From Candidatus Latescibacterota bacterium (lineage in GTDB: Bacteria > Latescibacterota > UBA2968 > GCA-2709665), in contig OZ242358.1 of assembly GCA_965208835.1 (NCBI GenBank), positions 1,952,001 to 2,016,000 on the forward strand: 64,000 nt of DNA. The letters are read 5' to 3'. This document shows, piece by piece, positions 47,834-57,359 of the stretch. Every line of letters begins with the position of its first letter. Within the stretch, counting starts at the first letter, position 1. Position numbers and translations under genes: made by a program. Below the pieces are notes generated by a model. The model was not told the origin of the DNA and did not search any database. It saw only the letters and a program-made list of their open reading frames with translations.

Positions 47834-49228
47834 ATGGACAACGAACTCAGTGCATTGACCGTGGTGTTTACGGAATTCTATTACTGGATTTGTATCGTGC
47901 TCATGTTCCTCATCCACGTCGGCTTCTGTCTGTACGAAGTCGGCGTGTCCAGGAGGAAGAATATGATGCACACCCTTATGAAGAACGCGATGCTGATTCC
48001 TCTGGTCACCATTACGTTCTATTTTTTCGGGTGGTGGATCTATTTCGCCGTGCAGAACGGCCCCGGGATTACGGGCGGGCTGATCGAAGCCGCGTGGGCT
48101 ACGCCCTGGAATGAGCTGATGGGTACGCATATGGGTGGCAAGCCGCACGGCGGCGGGCTGACAGGAGACGATACGGCGCTATGGGCGCGGCTGAACGGCG
48201 TGTTCTGGGCGGCGTTTCTGCTGTTCTCATGGACGGCGGGATCGATTCTCTCGGGTGCGGTCATCGAACGCATCCGATCCGGCGCGTTCTGGATTTTCGC
48301 GGTGCTGGTGGGATCGGTTACCTGGGTGATCGACGCGGCGTGGGGCTGGTCCGCCGACGGCTGGATGGTTCAGGTACTGGGATACCACGACGCATACGCC
48401 TCCGGTGTGATCCACGCGATCAGCGGCGGGTCCGCGCTGGCGATCCTCTACCACCTGGGGCCGCGAATCGGCAGATTCAGGTCCGACGGTTCTCCCAGAA
48501 ACTTCCCGCCTCAAAACACCTGGCTGGTCGTTATCGGTCTGTTCCTGATCTATACGGGGTTCTGGGGCTTTTACGCGGCCTGCAACGTGCCCATCATGGA
48601 CGTGGACCCCGCCAGCGACCGGGCGTTCTTTTCTGCCACCACGATTTACCTGACGCCCACGACGCTCAGCGCCATCACGTTCAACTTTCTGATGTCGCTC
48701 GCCGGCGGATTGATCATGGGGTATTTCGTTTCCAAGGGCGACCCTTACTGGACCTTCTCCGGTGGACTGGCCGGCATCATCACGGCATCGGCCGGCAATG
48801 ATCTGTACCATCCGATGCAGGCGCTGCTCATCGGCGCATTCGGCACGTTCTGCATGTACAAGTTGCACAACTGGGTCGAGAAACGGTTCAGGATCGACGA
48901 TGCGGTGGGCGCCGTGGCGGTACATGGCTATGCCGGGGTTATCGGGGTGATTGTCGCGGGCTTCGTACTCTGGGGATATCCGGGCGCCAATCCCGCGTAC
49001 GCTCCGATTACGCCGTGGGGACAGACGCTCGGCGCCGTCATCATGTTCTTTGTGCTGGGCTTTCTGCCCTGCTACGTCCTGGGGGCGATCCTCAAGAAAC
49101 TCGGCATTCTGCGCATTCCGGCGCGGATTGAAATTGCGGGTCTGGATCATGTGGCCATTCAGAACGAAAATGCGGATGCGGACGAACTCGCTCAGGCCGA
49201 AATCGACGAAGCGCGGGCAGGCAGCTAG
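47834..49228 (+). CDS. amt: Ammonium/methylammonium transporter (Amt family)
   Basis: About 11 TM segments, SGAVIER, VIH, LGPRIGRF, GFWGF, GLAGII, DDAVGAVAVHG. Confidence 0.9.
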   Translation: MDNELSALTVVFTEFYYWICIVLMFLIHVGFCLYEVGVSRRKNMMHTLMKNAMLIPLVTITFYFFGWWIYFAVQNGPGITGGLIEAAWATPWNELMGTHMGGKPHGGGLTGDDTALWARLNGVFWAAFLLFSWTAGSILSGAVIERIRSGAFWIFAVLVGSVTWVIDAAWGWSADGWMVQVLGYHDAYASGVIHAISGGSALAILYHLGPRIGRFRSDGSPRNFPPQNTWLVVIGLFLIYTGFWGFYAACNVPIMDVDPASDRAFFSATTIYLTPTTLSAITFNFLMSLAGGLIMGYFVSKGDPYWTFSGGLAGIITASAGNDLYHPMQALLIGAFGTFCMYKLHNWVEKRFRIDDAVGAVAVHGYAGVIGVIVAGFVLWGYPGANPAYAPITPWGQTLGAVIMFFVLGFLPCYVLGAILKKLGILRIPARIEIAGLDHVAIQNENADADELAQAEIDEARAGS

Positions 49229-49393
49229 TGTTCTGTCCCGGAAATAAGTTGCCAAAACTCGACCGTCGAGTCGCCTGGCTCGCAAGGCGCCCGAGCGCAG
49301 CCGACCTGCGTAAGGTCGGCGAGCGAGGTGAACATAGCGAGACGGGATGAATCGGCTGTCGAATGGTGAGGAATTTTTGGGACAGGACACAAG
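49225..49393. mobile_element. MITE-like repeat family C, copy 2; its CTAG contains the amt stop codon
   Basis: Near-identical to 11262-11430. Confidence 0.85.
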
Positions 49394-49460
49394 TGTTTTG
49401 TTCCGGAAGCAGGTCGCCTGAATCGGCGGTCGTTTGATCGGATGTTTTCGGGACAGGACA
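49394..49460. repeat. Short family C derivative in tandem with copy 2
   Basis: TGTTTTGTTCCGGAAG ... TTTTCGGGACAGGACA. Confidence 0.6.
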
Positions 49461-49476
49461 TTGATAGAAAGGATCT

Positions 49477-51162
49477 ATGCGCGAGCACGACGGTTTGCCG
49501 GACATCGAGATTGCGAGGCGGGCACGCCTGCACCATATCGGCCAGGTCGCGCAGGAATTGGGCGTGCCGGAAGACCAGCTGGAGGTCTACGGCAGGTACA
49601 AGGCCAAGGTCTCGATGGATTTTTACGACAGCCTTGCCGGAAATGCCGCCGGCAAGCTGGTATTGGTCTCGGCGATCAATCCCACGCCTTCCGGCGAGGG
49701 CAAGACAACCACGACCGTGGGCCTGGGCGACGCCCTTAACCGGCTGGGAAAGCGCACGGCAATCTGTCTCAGAGAGCCTTCATTGGGCCCCTGTTTCGGG
49801 ATGAAGGGTGGCGCTGCCGGCGGCGGGATGTCCCAGGTAGCGCCGATGGAGGACATCAACCTGCATTTTACGGGCGATATCCACGCAATTGGCGTCGCCC
49901 ACAACCTGCTCTCGGCAGCGATCGACAACCACGTCCATCACCGGAACAGGCTGGATATCGATCCCCGGCGCGTCCTGTGGAAGCGCGTGATGGACATGAA
50001 CGACCGCGCGCTTCGGGAAATCGTCGTCGGTCTGGGAGGTACGGGGAACTCCTATCCACGTGAATCGGGATTTGAAATCACGGTCGCATCGGAAGTGATG
50101 GCTGTTTTTTGCCTTTCGGAGTCGCTCGACGAGCTTCGGGAGCGGCTGGGCCGGATCATTGTGGCGTATACGCGGTCCAATGAACCGGTTACGGCGGCGG
50201 ACCTCAATGTGCACGGTGCGATGGCCGTGCTGCTGAGAGACGCGCTGATGCCGAACCTGGTGCAGACCCTGGAGAACAACCCGGCAATCGTTCACGGGGG
50301 TCCGTTCGCCAATATCGCGCACGGTTGCAATTCGGTGATCGCGACCAAGCTGGCCATGCGACTGTCCGAATACACCGTAACCGAAGCCGGATTCGGTGCG
50401 GATCTGGGCGCGGAGAAATTTCTGAATATCAAGTGCCGTCAGGCCGGCATCCGCCCGGACGTGGTGGTGCTGGTGGCGACGGTCCGGGGGCTGAAATACC
50501 ATGGCGGGATGTCACCCAGGCGGCTGTCGGACGCCAACCCGGCCGCGCTGAAAAAGGGTCTCGTGAATCTGAGGAAGCATATCGAAAACATCCGGCGTTT
50601 CGGCCTCACAGCTGTCGTGGCCGTGAACCGGTTTCTTTCCGACACGTCCGGTGAGATCGCTCTGATTCAGGACAGCTGCGCCGATATGGATCTGCCGATC
50701 GTTCCATCGGATCACTGGGCGAAGGGGGGGAGCGGCGCGGAGGCGCTTGCGCGAAGGGTTGTCGAGGCCGCGGAAACGGCTTCCTGCAGTTTCAAGTTTC
50801 TCTATCCCGATAATCTGCGGTTGTGGGACAAGGCCAGGATCGTCGCCCGGGAAGTCTACGGCGCCGACGATATTATGGGGGACAAACGGTTGAGAGCCCG
50901 GTTCGCAAAGCTCGAGGAAGCGGGGCACGGAAAGCTTCCGGTCTGTATGGCCAAGACCCAGTATTCGCTCTCGACGGATCCGGGATTGAAGGGCAGACCG
51001 AGGGGTTTCGACGTGCCCATCCGCGACGTGAGGGTGTCCGCCGGGGCAGGTTTTGTGGTCGTGTATACCGGAGACGTCATGACAATGCCGGGGCTTCCGC
51101 GCAGGCCGTCTGCCGAGGCGATCGATTATGATGAAGCCGGACACACGGTCGGTCTGTTCTGA
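49477..51162 (+). CDS. fhs: Formate--tetrahydrofolate ligase
   Basis: [72 protein letters not shown]. Confidence 0.97.
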   Translation: MREHDGLPDIEIARRARLHHIGQVAQELGVPEDQLEVYGRYKAKVSMDFYDSLAGNAAGKLVLVSAINPTPSGEGKTTTTVGLGDALNRLGKRTAICLREPSLGPCFGMKGGAAGGGMSQVAPMEDINLHFTGDIHAIGVAHNLLSAAIDNHVHHRNRLDIDPRRVLWKRVMDMNDRALREIVVGLGGTGNSYPRESGFEITVASEVMAVFCLSESLDELRERLGRIIVAYTRSNEPVTAADLNVHGAMAVLLRDALMPNLVQTLENNPAIVHGGPFANIAHGCNSVIATKLAMRLSEYTVTEAGFGADLGAEKFLNIKCRQAGIRPDVVVLVATVRGLKYHGGMSPRRLSDANPAALKKGLVNLRKHIENIRRFGLTAVVAVNRFLSDTSGEIALIQDSCADMDLPIVPSDHWAKGGSGAEALARRVVEAAETASCSFKFLYPDNLRLWDKARIVAREVYGADDIMGDKRLRARFAKLEEAGHGKLPVCMAKTQYSLSTDPGLKGRPRGFDVPIRDVRVSAGAGFVVVYTGDVMTMPGLPRRPSAEAIDYDEAGHTVGLF

Positions 51163-51197
51163 AAGCGGAACCTGTATCGATGTCAGCCACGGACATT

Positions 51198-51405
51198 TCG
51201 TCTCTTCGTCTTCTCGCTTTGCGAAACTACGAATGTACGAAACTACGAAAAAGCTGGTACATCACTCGTCTTTTCATAGTCTCGTATTCTCGTTTCTTCG
51301 CGTTATTCGTTGTCTGGTTTTCGGTTCTTGGTTTTTTGTCGTTTCGTAGTCTCGTAGTCTCGTAGTCTCGTATTCTCGCTTCTTCGCGTATTTCGTCGTT
51401 TCTGG
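51198..51405. repeat. Degenerate octamer tandem repeats in both orientations
   Basis: (ACGAAACT)-like units near 51222-51252 and (TCTCGTAG)n near 51279-51300 and 51342-51378. Confidence 0.7.
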
Positions 51406-51440
51406 CGTAATTTTCCGGGCAACTTCAAAGGAGGAGGCAG

Positions 51441-51671
51441 ATGAGAACGGGTTTGATCGAAACGTGGGCGGGGAATCCGGCCGACGTGGGTCCGATGTAT
51501 CCCTTTGTCGGGTCCGAGGTTCCTCTATTTGTGGTTTGCATTGTTTTATGGATTGCGTACACGATCTGGCAGATCAAACACGAGAATGCAACTTATGCTG
51601 CCGAGCTGGATCAGTTGGCCGAGGCAGAATCGCCCGCATCGGCGACGGATACTGAGAACAGGAATTCCTAA
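51441..51671 (+). CDS. Small single-TM membrane protein
   Basis: Strong RBS AAGGAGGAGG; GPMYPFVGSE followed by a hydrophobic helix and WQI..EN. Confidence 0.75.
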   Translation: MRTGLIETWAGNPADVGPMYPFVGSEVPLFVVCIVLWIAYTIWQIKHENATYAAELDQLAEAESPASATDTENRNS

Positions 51672-51697
51672 CATGGATTTAGTGGGGAGAACTGACG

Positions 51698-53032
51698 ATG
51701 ACGCTGGACCAGGTTAAAGAATTCGTAGCCGCGAATGGAATCGACTTCTTTCTGTGTTCGTTTGTGGAGATGAGCGGGATGCCGAAGGCCAAGGTGGTGC
51801 CCGTCACCCACCTCGACGACATGGCCTCGGAAGGCGCGGGGTTCGCAGGTTTCGCGGCGGGCAATATGGGGCAGGGCCCGCACGATTCCGATATGATGAA
51901 CATACCGGACTTCAACTCGATGACCGTATTGCCTTGGCGCAAGAATACGGCGTGGGTTGCGGGCAACATCCAGGTCGAGGGGGAGCCGTTCGGATATTGT
52001 CCGCGGACGATCCTGCAGCGGCAGCTCGCAAGGGCGGAAGCGAAGGGATATCGCTTGAATCTGGGCGTGGAAGCGGAATTCATCCTCCTTAAAAAGGATG
52101 ATCAGGGGAACTATGCGCTGGCCGATCCGATGGATACCCTGGAGAAGCCCTGTTACGATCTCGTCACCCTGCATCGCAACCTGGACGTGATGACCACGCT
52201 CATCGGGTATATGCAGGAACTGGGATGGGAACCCTATGCAAACGACCACGAAGACGCCAATTGCCAGTTCGAGATCAACTGGACCTATTCCGACGCGCTG
52301 ACGACCGCCGACCGGCAGACGTTCTTCAGATGGATGGTGAAGGTGAACGCGGAGCGGCTCGGATACCACGCGACGTTCATGCCGAAGCCGTTTTCTCACC
52401 TCACAGGAAGCGGCGCGCACTATCACATGAGCCTGTGGGATCCGGAGAACAGGGCCAACCTGTTTCTCGACGACGGGGATGAAAACGGTCTGTCGAAGGA
52501 GGCTTACTGGTTCATGGCGGGCATCCTCAACCACGCGAAGGCGATTTCCGCAGTGTCCGCGCCCCTGGTGAACAGCTACAAACGCCTCACGAGGGGGGCT
52601 CCCCGATCGGGCGCGTCCTGGGCGCCGATCTGTATCACCTACGGCGGATCGAACCGGACGCAGATGATCCGAATCCCCGACGCGGGCCGTATCGAAAACC
52701 GGGCGATCGATGGCGCCGCAAATCCATACCTGACGACTGCGGCAATGCTGGCGGCCGGGCTCGACGGCATCGAAAACCGTATGGAGCCGGGCGAACGCAA
52801 TGAGGGCAATCTCTATGAGGTGCCCGAAAGCGAATTGAGCGCGCGGGGCATCGACCTGCTCCCGGGTACCCTGGCCGAGGCGGCCGATCACCTGGCGTCC
52901 GATGACGTGCTCCGGGAGGCGCTCGGAACGGAATATGCGGACTATTACGTGCAGGTGAAACGCGAAGAATGGGCGGAGTACCATCTGCACGTGGACCAGT
53001 GGGAACGCGAACGGTATCTGCCGGTATATTAG
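51698..53032 (+). CDS. gmaS: GlnT-type glutamine synthetase family protein, probable gamma-glutamylmethylamide synthetase
   Basis: PKAKVVP, GAGFAGFA, KPCYD, NDHEDANCQFEIN, ATFMPKPF..TGSG.H, NSYKR, SGASWAP, NRTQMIRIP; cluster context. Confidence 0.82.
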   Translation: MTLDQVKEFVAANGIDFFLCSFVEMSGMPKAKVVPVTHLDDMASEGAGFAGFAAGNMGQGPHDSDMMNIPDFNSMTVLPWRKNTAWVAGNIQVEGEPFGYCPRTILQRQLARAEAKGYRLNLGVEAEFILLKKDDQGNYALADPMDTLEKPCYDLVTLHRNLDVMTTLIGYMQELGWEPYANDHEDANCQFEINWTYSDALTTADRQTFFRWMVKVNAERLGYHATFMPKPFSHLTGSGAHYHMSLWDPENRANLFLDDGDENGLSKEAYWFMAGILNHAKAISAVSAPLVNSYKRLTRGAPRSGASWAPICITYGGSNRTQMIRIPDAGRIENRAIDGAANPYLTTAAMLAAGLDGIENRMEPGERNEGNLYEVPESELSARGIDLLPGTLAEAADHLASDDVLREALGTEYADYYVQVKREEWAEYHLHVDQWERERYLPVY

Positions 53033-53126
53033 GGATTGTCGTCGGGAATCGTCGAAATCCGCACCGCCGCGTGGGCGCCCGCCTGTCGCCAACCGTGTGA
53101 TGTCGAAAACCTGACTGGATGGGTCT

Positions 53127-54470
53127 ATGGAGAACGCAGCCAGACGGCCGGTTCGAGAGGCGCCGCGGGGCGTCGGAGGCTTGCTGCGGAATATCGGACC
53201 GGGCGTGGTCGTGTCGGGTTCGGTGGTCGGGTCCGGCGAGTTGCTGGTGACCACCCGAATGGGGGCGGAGGTGGGCTTCGTCTTCCTCTGGGGGGTGATC
53301 CTGGCATGTCTGGTCAAATTTTTCATCCAGCTTGAACTCGGGCGCCAGTGTGTCCTGCACAACAGCACGACAATTCAGGTGCTGGACCGCGTGCCCGGCG
53401 TGCGTTGGTCGAATACCTCCTGGGCGGCCTGGCTGTGCGTGCTGGGTTATTTCTCGGTGATGATTGCCGTGATCGGCATACTGGGGTCCGTGGCGGGACT
53501 GATGGTGACCCTTCTTCCCGGTGTCCCGTACAATATCTGGGCCATTCTGGTTTTCGCGGCAATCTCGATTCTGCTGTACCGGGGCCTCTACGCCGACCTG
53601 GAGCGGATGATCACGATCCTGGTCGCGGGCTTCAGCCTGGTTGTCATCGGATCCTTGATTGGGATGCAGGCCACGCCATACGCCGTGGGAGGCGCCGAGG
53701 TGCTGTCGGGATTTCGCTTCACGTTGCCCGCGGACGGGGCGTTCGTCGCCATGGCCGTGATGGGGTCCGTAGGCGCGACGGCGGTGGAGTTGTTCATGTA
53801 TCCCTACTGGGTGCGGGAGAAAGGGTATGCGGATTTTGTGGGGCCGAGGGAGGATACGCCGGAGTGGCGCGCGCGATATCGGGGCTGGATGCGTGTGCTG
53901 AAAACCGATGCGCTGGTGTGCACCGGCATCGCATTGGTGATTACCTGCGCCTACTATCTGCTGGGCGCCTCGATTCTGAAGAAGCTGAACGTGGTCCCGC
54001 AGGGCATGGAGGTCGTGGAACAGGTCTCACTGATCTTTACGCTAAGCATCGGAACCTGGACAAAGAACGTGTTCATGTTCGGCGCGTTCTGCACGCTGTT
54101 TTCCACGCTGCTCGTTTTCACGGCCAGTTCCGGGCGCATCAGCGTGGATTTTCTCAGGCAGACGGGCGTCGCCGGACTCGATAACGAAGCGGTGCGTCTT
54201 CGGCTGCTGCGGTCGCTGCAGATCGCCTTCCCGTTTCTGTGGCTCTGCGTGACCATTGCAACCCCCGATACCCCGCTTGCGCTGGTGCTGATCGGGGCAA
54301 ACGCCAACAACCTGCTGTTGATTCCAATGGCCTACGGCGTGGTCCACCTGGCGATGCGCGCCGCGGACGCGGAACGGATGTCCGTATGGACGGAACTCGC
54401 GTTGCTCTTGACGGTCTGGGCGATCGTCAACTTTACCGCGGTCAATCTGTATTTGAACTGGACGCGTTAA
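53127..54470 (+). CDS. Nramp-like (APC superfamily) transporter
   Basis: IGPG......VGSGEL, many TM segments, Y.YW..EKG, LFST. Lacks the canonical DPGN metal motif. Confidence 0.75.
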   Translation: MENAARRPVREAPRGVGGLLRNIGPGVVVSGSVVGSGELLVTTRMGAEVGFVFLWGVILACLVKFFIQLELGRQCVLHNSTTIQVLDRVPGVRWSNTSWAAWLCVLGYFSVMIAVIGILGSVAGLMVTLLPGVPYNIWAILVFAAISILLYRGLYADLERMITILVAGFSLVVIGSLIGMQATPYAVGGAEVLSGFRFTLPADGAFVAMAVMGSVGATAVELFMYPYWVREKGYADFVGPREDTPEWRARYRGWMRVLKTDALVCTGIALVITCAYYLLGASILKKLNVVPQGMEVVEQVSLIFTLSIGTWTKNVFMFGAFCTLFSTLLVFTASSGRISVDFLRQTGVAGLDNEAVRLRLLRSLQIAFPFLWLCVTIATPDTPLALVLIGANANNLLLIPMAYGVVHLAMRAADAERMSVWTELALLLTVWAIVNFTAVNLYLNWTR

Positions 54471-54687
54471 CCATGATTTGCCAACTTTCGCGGACGTTAA
54501 TTCGTACACATGCAAGTTGATAAAGGCGATTAAACTGCGGATTACCAGGATACACCTGGTTACTGGACGTTAACGAAAATATCATCCTTATGTACGACCT
54601 CGATACCCCGTTTGGCACCGGTCCCTTCTGTGTCTCGTGTGCTCTTTGTGTGCAATTTGACTGTTGTCTTTTTTCGAAATGAGGTTA
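54468..54687. mobile_element. MITE-like repeat family D, copy 3
   Basis: TAACCATGATTTG ... TTGACTGTTGTCTTTTTTCGAAATGAGGTTA; the 3' end is nearly identical to that of copy 1. Confidence 0.7.
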
Positions 54688-54714
54688 AGTACCCGGACGG
54701 ACGAGTAAGTTCTC

Positions 54715-54744
54715 AGGGCGGCCGGCAACGGCCGCCCTTCTTAT
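54715..54744. terminator. Intrinsic terminator-like hairpin
   Basis: AGGGCGGCCG-GCAA-CGGCCGCCCT followed by TCTTATT, between convergent genes. Confidence 0.65.
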
Positions 54745-54790
54745 TGAATTGCCAATTCGCGGTACCGGATCACCCGGCCACGATGACAGT

Positions 54791-54858
54791 GTAGGGGCGT
54801 CCCCTGTGGGCGCCCGCACTCCTCCCCTCTCTGCGCCGGGGAGGGGCCGGGGGAGGGG
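54791..54858. repeat. REP-like palindromes
   Basis: GTAG-GGGCGTCC-CCTGT-GGGCGCCC followed by CTCCCCTCTCTGCGCCGGGGAGGGGCCGGGGGAGGGG. Confidence 0.45.
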
Positions 54859-54871
54859 TCAATCGTCCGAG

Positions 54872-57223
54872 TCAATCCGACGTCTCCACCCAGACAGGCG
54901 TGCTCCATCCCTTCGCGCCCATGGCGTGAGCGACGTTGTTGGGGTATTGCGGGATCGGCTCTGGCGACAGAACTTCGAGATGGTAGTAGTGCTTTCCCGG
55001 CCGGTAGCGGCGCAACCGGAATTCCCTTCGCTCTCCCCGGGTCCGTCCGACGAACCTTTCATCGTACATCAGACGCCCGTCCCGGTGGACGCGCAGGATG
55101 TATTCCCGGCCCGCCTCGCCCTCGACGCGCCACTTCAGCACCGGGTCGTCCCTGACGACCAGCGAACTGCCCATCATCCGATCGTTGATCGTGAATTCGA
55201 TCAGGATCTTCTGGCCGGCCGTTGCATAACAGCGCCTGGCCCGGATCGCATCGAGGAAGGCGGCGCGGTCCAGCCGGTCGGCCCAGATGCCCGTGAGCGC
55301 ACCGCTCAGGCCCGGGTTGCGGTGGTGGCTGTCGCCGCTGCCGGTGAAGGCGAATTTCTGACCCGCGTTCAGGTATTTGAAATAGACGTCGTACAGGTCG
55401 ATGTTAATCATCCAGCCGGCGCATACGTCGACACCCCACTCGACGTCCGTGTCGTAGAGGTTCCACTTTCCGTTGTGGGGATGGGGGAGCGGCAGGTAGC
55501 CCCTTTCCTTGAGCCAGTCCAGGCATTCCCTGGTGTCCTTGTGGGTATGCCGCTCGCCCTTCGTGTGGGCTTCCTTGTATTTGAAGTGAAGCAAGTCCAT
55601 TTCCATTTCGTCATCGTCCGACATCACGGACCGGTGGTCCCGCCCGGAGTCCACCCGGTCGGTGATGGTCATCTCGTAGCCCGGAAACATGGCGAATCGC
55701 CCGGGTTCATTCAGGACCATGGCGTTGCCTTTTACGTAGTCCCACTCATAGTCCTTCAGGTGCCGCACATTCCGGCGCGTGGGCAGATTCCAGAAACTGT
55801 CGTTGTCGGAGACGGTCAGTCCGTCGATCTGTGCCTTGTCACGGGCGTAGTGACCCAACTCATCGGGCTCTCCCTCTACTTCGATGGACGCCGCCGAGTG
55901 GCAGTGCAGGTCCACCCAGAAGAGTTGGTACTTGCCGCGTTCCGCGCCGGGCAGTTCATTTCGGGGCCGGGTCGTGTGCCGCCGTTTTTCGAACGGCAGC
56001 CGGACTTCGTTCCATTCGGTCAGGTCGATTCGGCGGTTTTCATCGGGTACGGCTGGGAGGTCGGCGGCGAGGCGCGCGCTTTCCAGGTATTGCTCATCGG
56101 TAATCATGTCTTGGGACATCAGGTGCACGCGGGTGCCGACCGTGCCGTTGTGGGGAAGCTCATAGAAGACGTTCCCTTCCGCCACGCAGAGGGGTTCCGA
56201 CCAGTCGCCGTTCCTGCAGCGGTGGCCGAAGAGGCGACCCCTGGAGGTGAGCGTTCCCTGCTCGCTGTCCATCTTGACCTCGTAGAAGAGCCAGACGCCT
56301 CCGGATTCTGCGGCCTTGAGGACGGGGAAGAGCCGCCTTCCCATGTGTCCAAGATTGGGCGGTTTGGGGAATTCCGTCAACAGCCCGTAGTGTAGCGGCG
56401 CAATTTCCGCCGCGCCGTCAGGGCCCGTCAGGGGTACCCACTCCCGGCCGTCCAGCCGGGCGCCCCGCAGCGAGTACATCTGCTGGAGCGTGCTGCGCCT
56501 GTACATAACGTCCACGCCGTGTACCCACACCGCCCAGAGCGCCCCGCCCGCGTCCCTGCCAAGGCTGGCCCTGTTTTCCCATCCCTCGTCGCAACTGACT
56601 CTGACCGTCTTCCGGGGGCCGTCCGGACCGACGGCGCAGCCATAGACGTCGTAGGTGCAATCGACGTAGCTGTCCCATACAATATAGACGCCTTCCGATC
56701 CCCATTCGACCATCCTGGGCCGATAATTGTACCGACTCCCGTTTCCCGCTGTATAGGTTGTCGTCTTGCCATCCCGAGGGATCCTCAGGATCCGGATGCG
56801 GCTCTCTCCCTTTTCGGACTGGGCCCAGCAGATCCAGAGAGTGCCGCTCTCATCGAGGAGGGCCTGCGGCTCCCAGACCTTCGCCGAAGCGGGCAGGACG
56901 TGGCGCTCCCGGCAGGTAGTGAACCCGTTCCCGTCACTGCCTCGTGTCCGGAACGCGTACTGGCGTCCGGTCTTTTCCAGCCAGACAAACACGGCCTCGT
57001 CGCCGTTCGGGATGCAGATCGGGCGTGTCTGCATGGTGTCGTTCGGTGACAGCGGCTCTATAGAACAGCCGGTTTCCCCGACAAATTTCCGGACGAATGC
57101 CCTCGAACCTGCTGCGCCGTAGGCAGCCCAGCTCGTCCAGCAGGATTTGCCGTCCTGGAGGTTGCAGAGGCTGGGTTCGTAACTGTCGTTCGAATAGACG
57201 CCTTCAGTGACGGCAATTCTCAC
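54872..57223 (-). CDS. Hypothetical protein with C-terminal PHP-like metallohydrolase domain
   Basis: FWVDLHCHS, FPGYEMT, PHPH, FAFTGSGDSH, GALTGIWA, AIRARRCYAT, WSTPVWV; propeller-like N-terminal half. Confidence 0.7.
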   Translation of the reverse strand: MRIAVTEGVYSNDSYEPSLCNLQDGKSCWTSWAAYGAAGSRAFVRKFVGETGCSIEPLSPNDTMQTRPICIPNGDEAVFVWLEKTGRQYAFRTRGSDGNGFTTCRERHVLPASAKVWEPQALLDESGTLWICWAQSEKGESRIRILRIPRDGKTTTYTAGNGSRYNYRPRMVEWGSEGVYIVWDSYVDCTYDVYGCAVGPDGPRKTVRVSCDEGWENRASLGRDAGGALWAVWVHGVDVMYRRSTLQQMYSLRGARLDGREWVPLTGPDGAAEIAPLHYGLLTEFPKPPNLGHMGRRLFPVLKAAESGGVWLFYEVKMDSEQGTLTSRGRLFGHRCRNGDWSEPLCVAEGNVFYELPHNGTVGTRVHLMSQDMITDEQYLESARLAADLPAVPDENRRIDLTEWNEVRLPFEKRRHTTRPRNELPGAERGKYQLFWVDLHCHSAASIEVEGEPDELGHYARDKAQIDGLTVSDNDSFWNLPTRRNVRHLKDYEWDYVKGNAMVLNEPGRFAMFPGYEMTITDRVDSGRDHRSVMSDDDEMEMDLLHFKYKEAHTKGERHTHKDTRECLDWLKERGYLPLPHPHNGKWNLYDTDVEWGVDVCAGWMINIDLYDVYFKYLNAGQKFAFTGSGDSHHRNPGLSGALTGIWADRLDRAAFLDAIRARRCYATAGQKILIEFTINDRMMGSSLVVRDDPVLKWRVEGEAGREYILRVHRDGRLMYDERFVGRTRGERREFRLRRYRPGKHYYHLEVLSPEPIPQYPNNVAHAMGAKGWSTPVWVETSD

Positions 57224-57359
57224 GGTAACGGATCCTCGTACAGAGATGTTATCGGGGAAGCTCAGGAGGGTTCAGCGTCGAGGGGCCGGAATGTCCGCCC
57301 TGGATTTTCCGCGACAGGGCGTGCGCGGCGGTTTCTTTATTTCATGGACGTCGCGGGTC

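Noticed and set aside
51198-51405. CRISPR array
   Set aside because: Units are 8 bp and degenerate, with no unique spacers and no cas genes.
51698-53032. Housekeeping glutamine synthetase GlnA
   Set aside because: GAGFAGFA and DHEDAN.QFE motifs plus the gene context favour the GlnT/GmaS clade.
53127-54470. Mn2+ transporter MntH
   Set aside because: It lacks the DPGN metal-binding signature, so the substrate is left unassigned.
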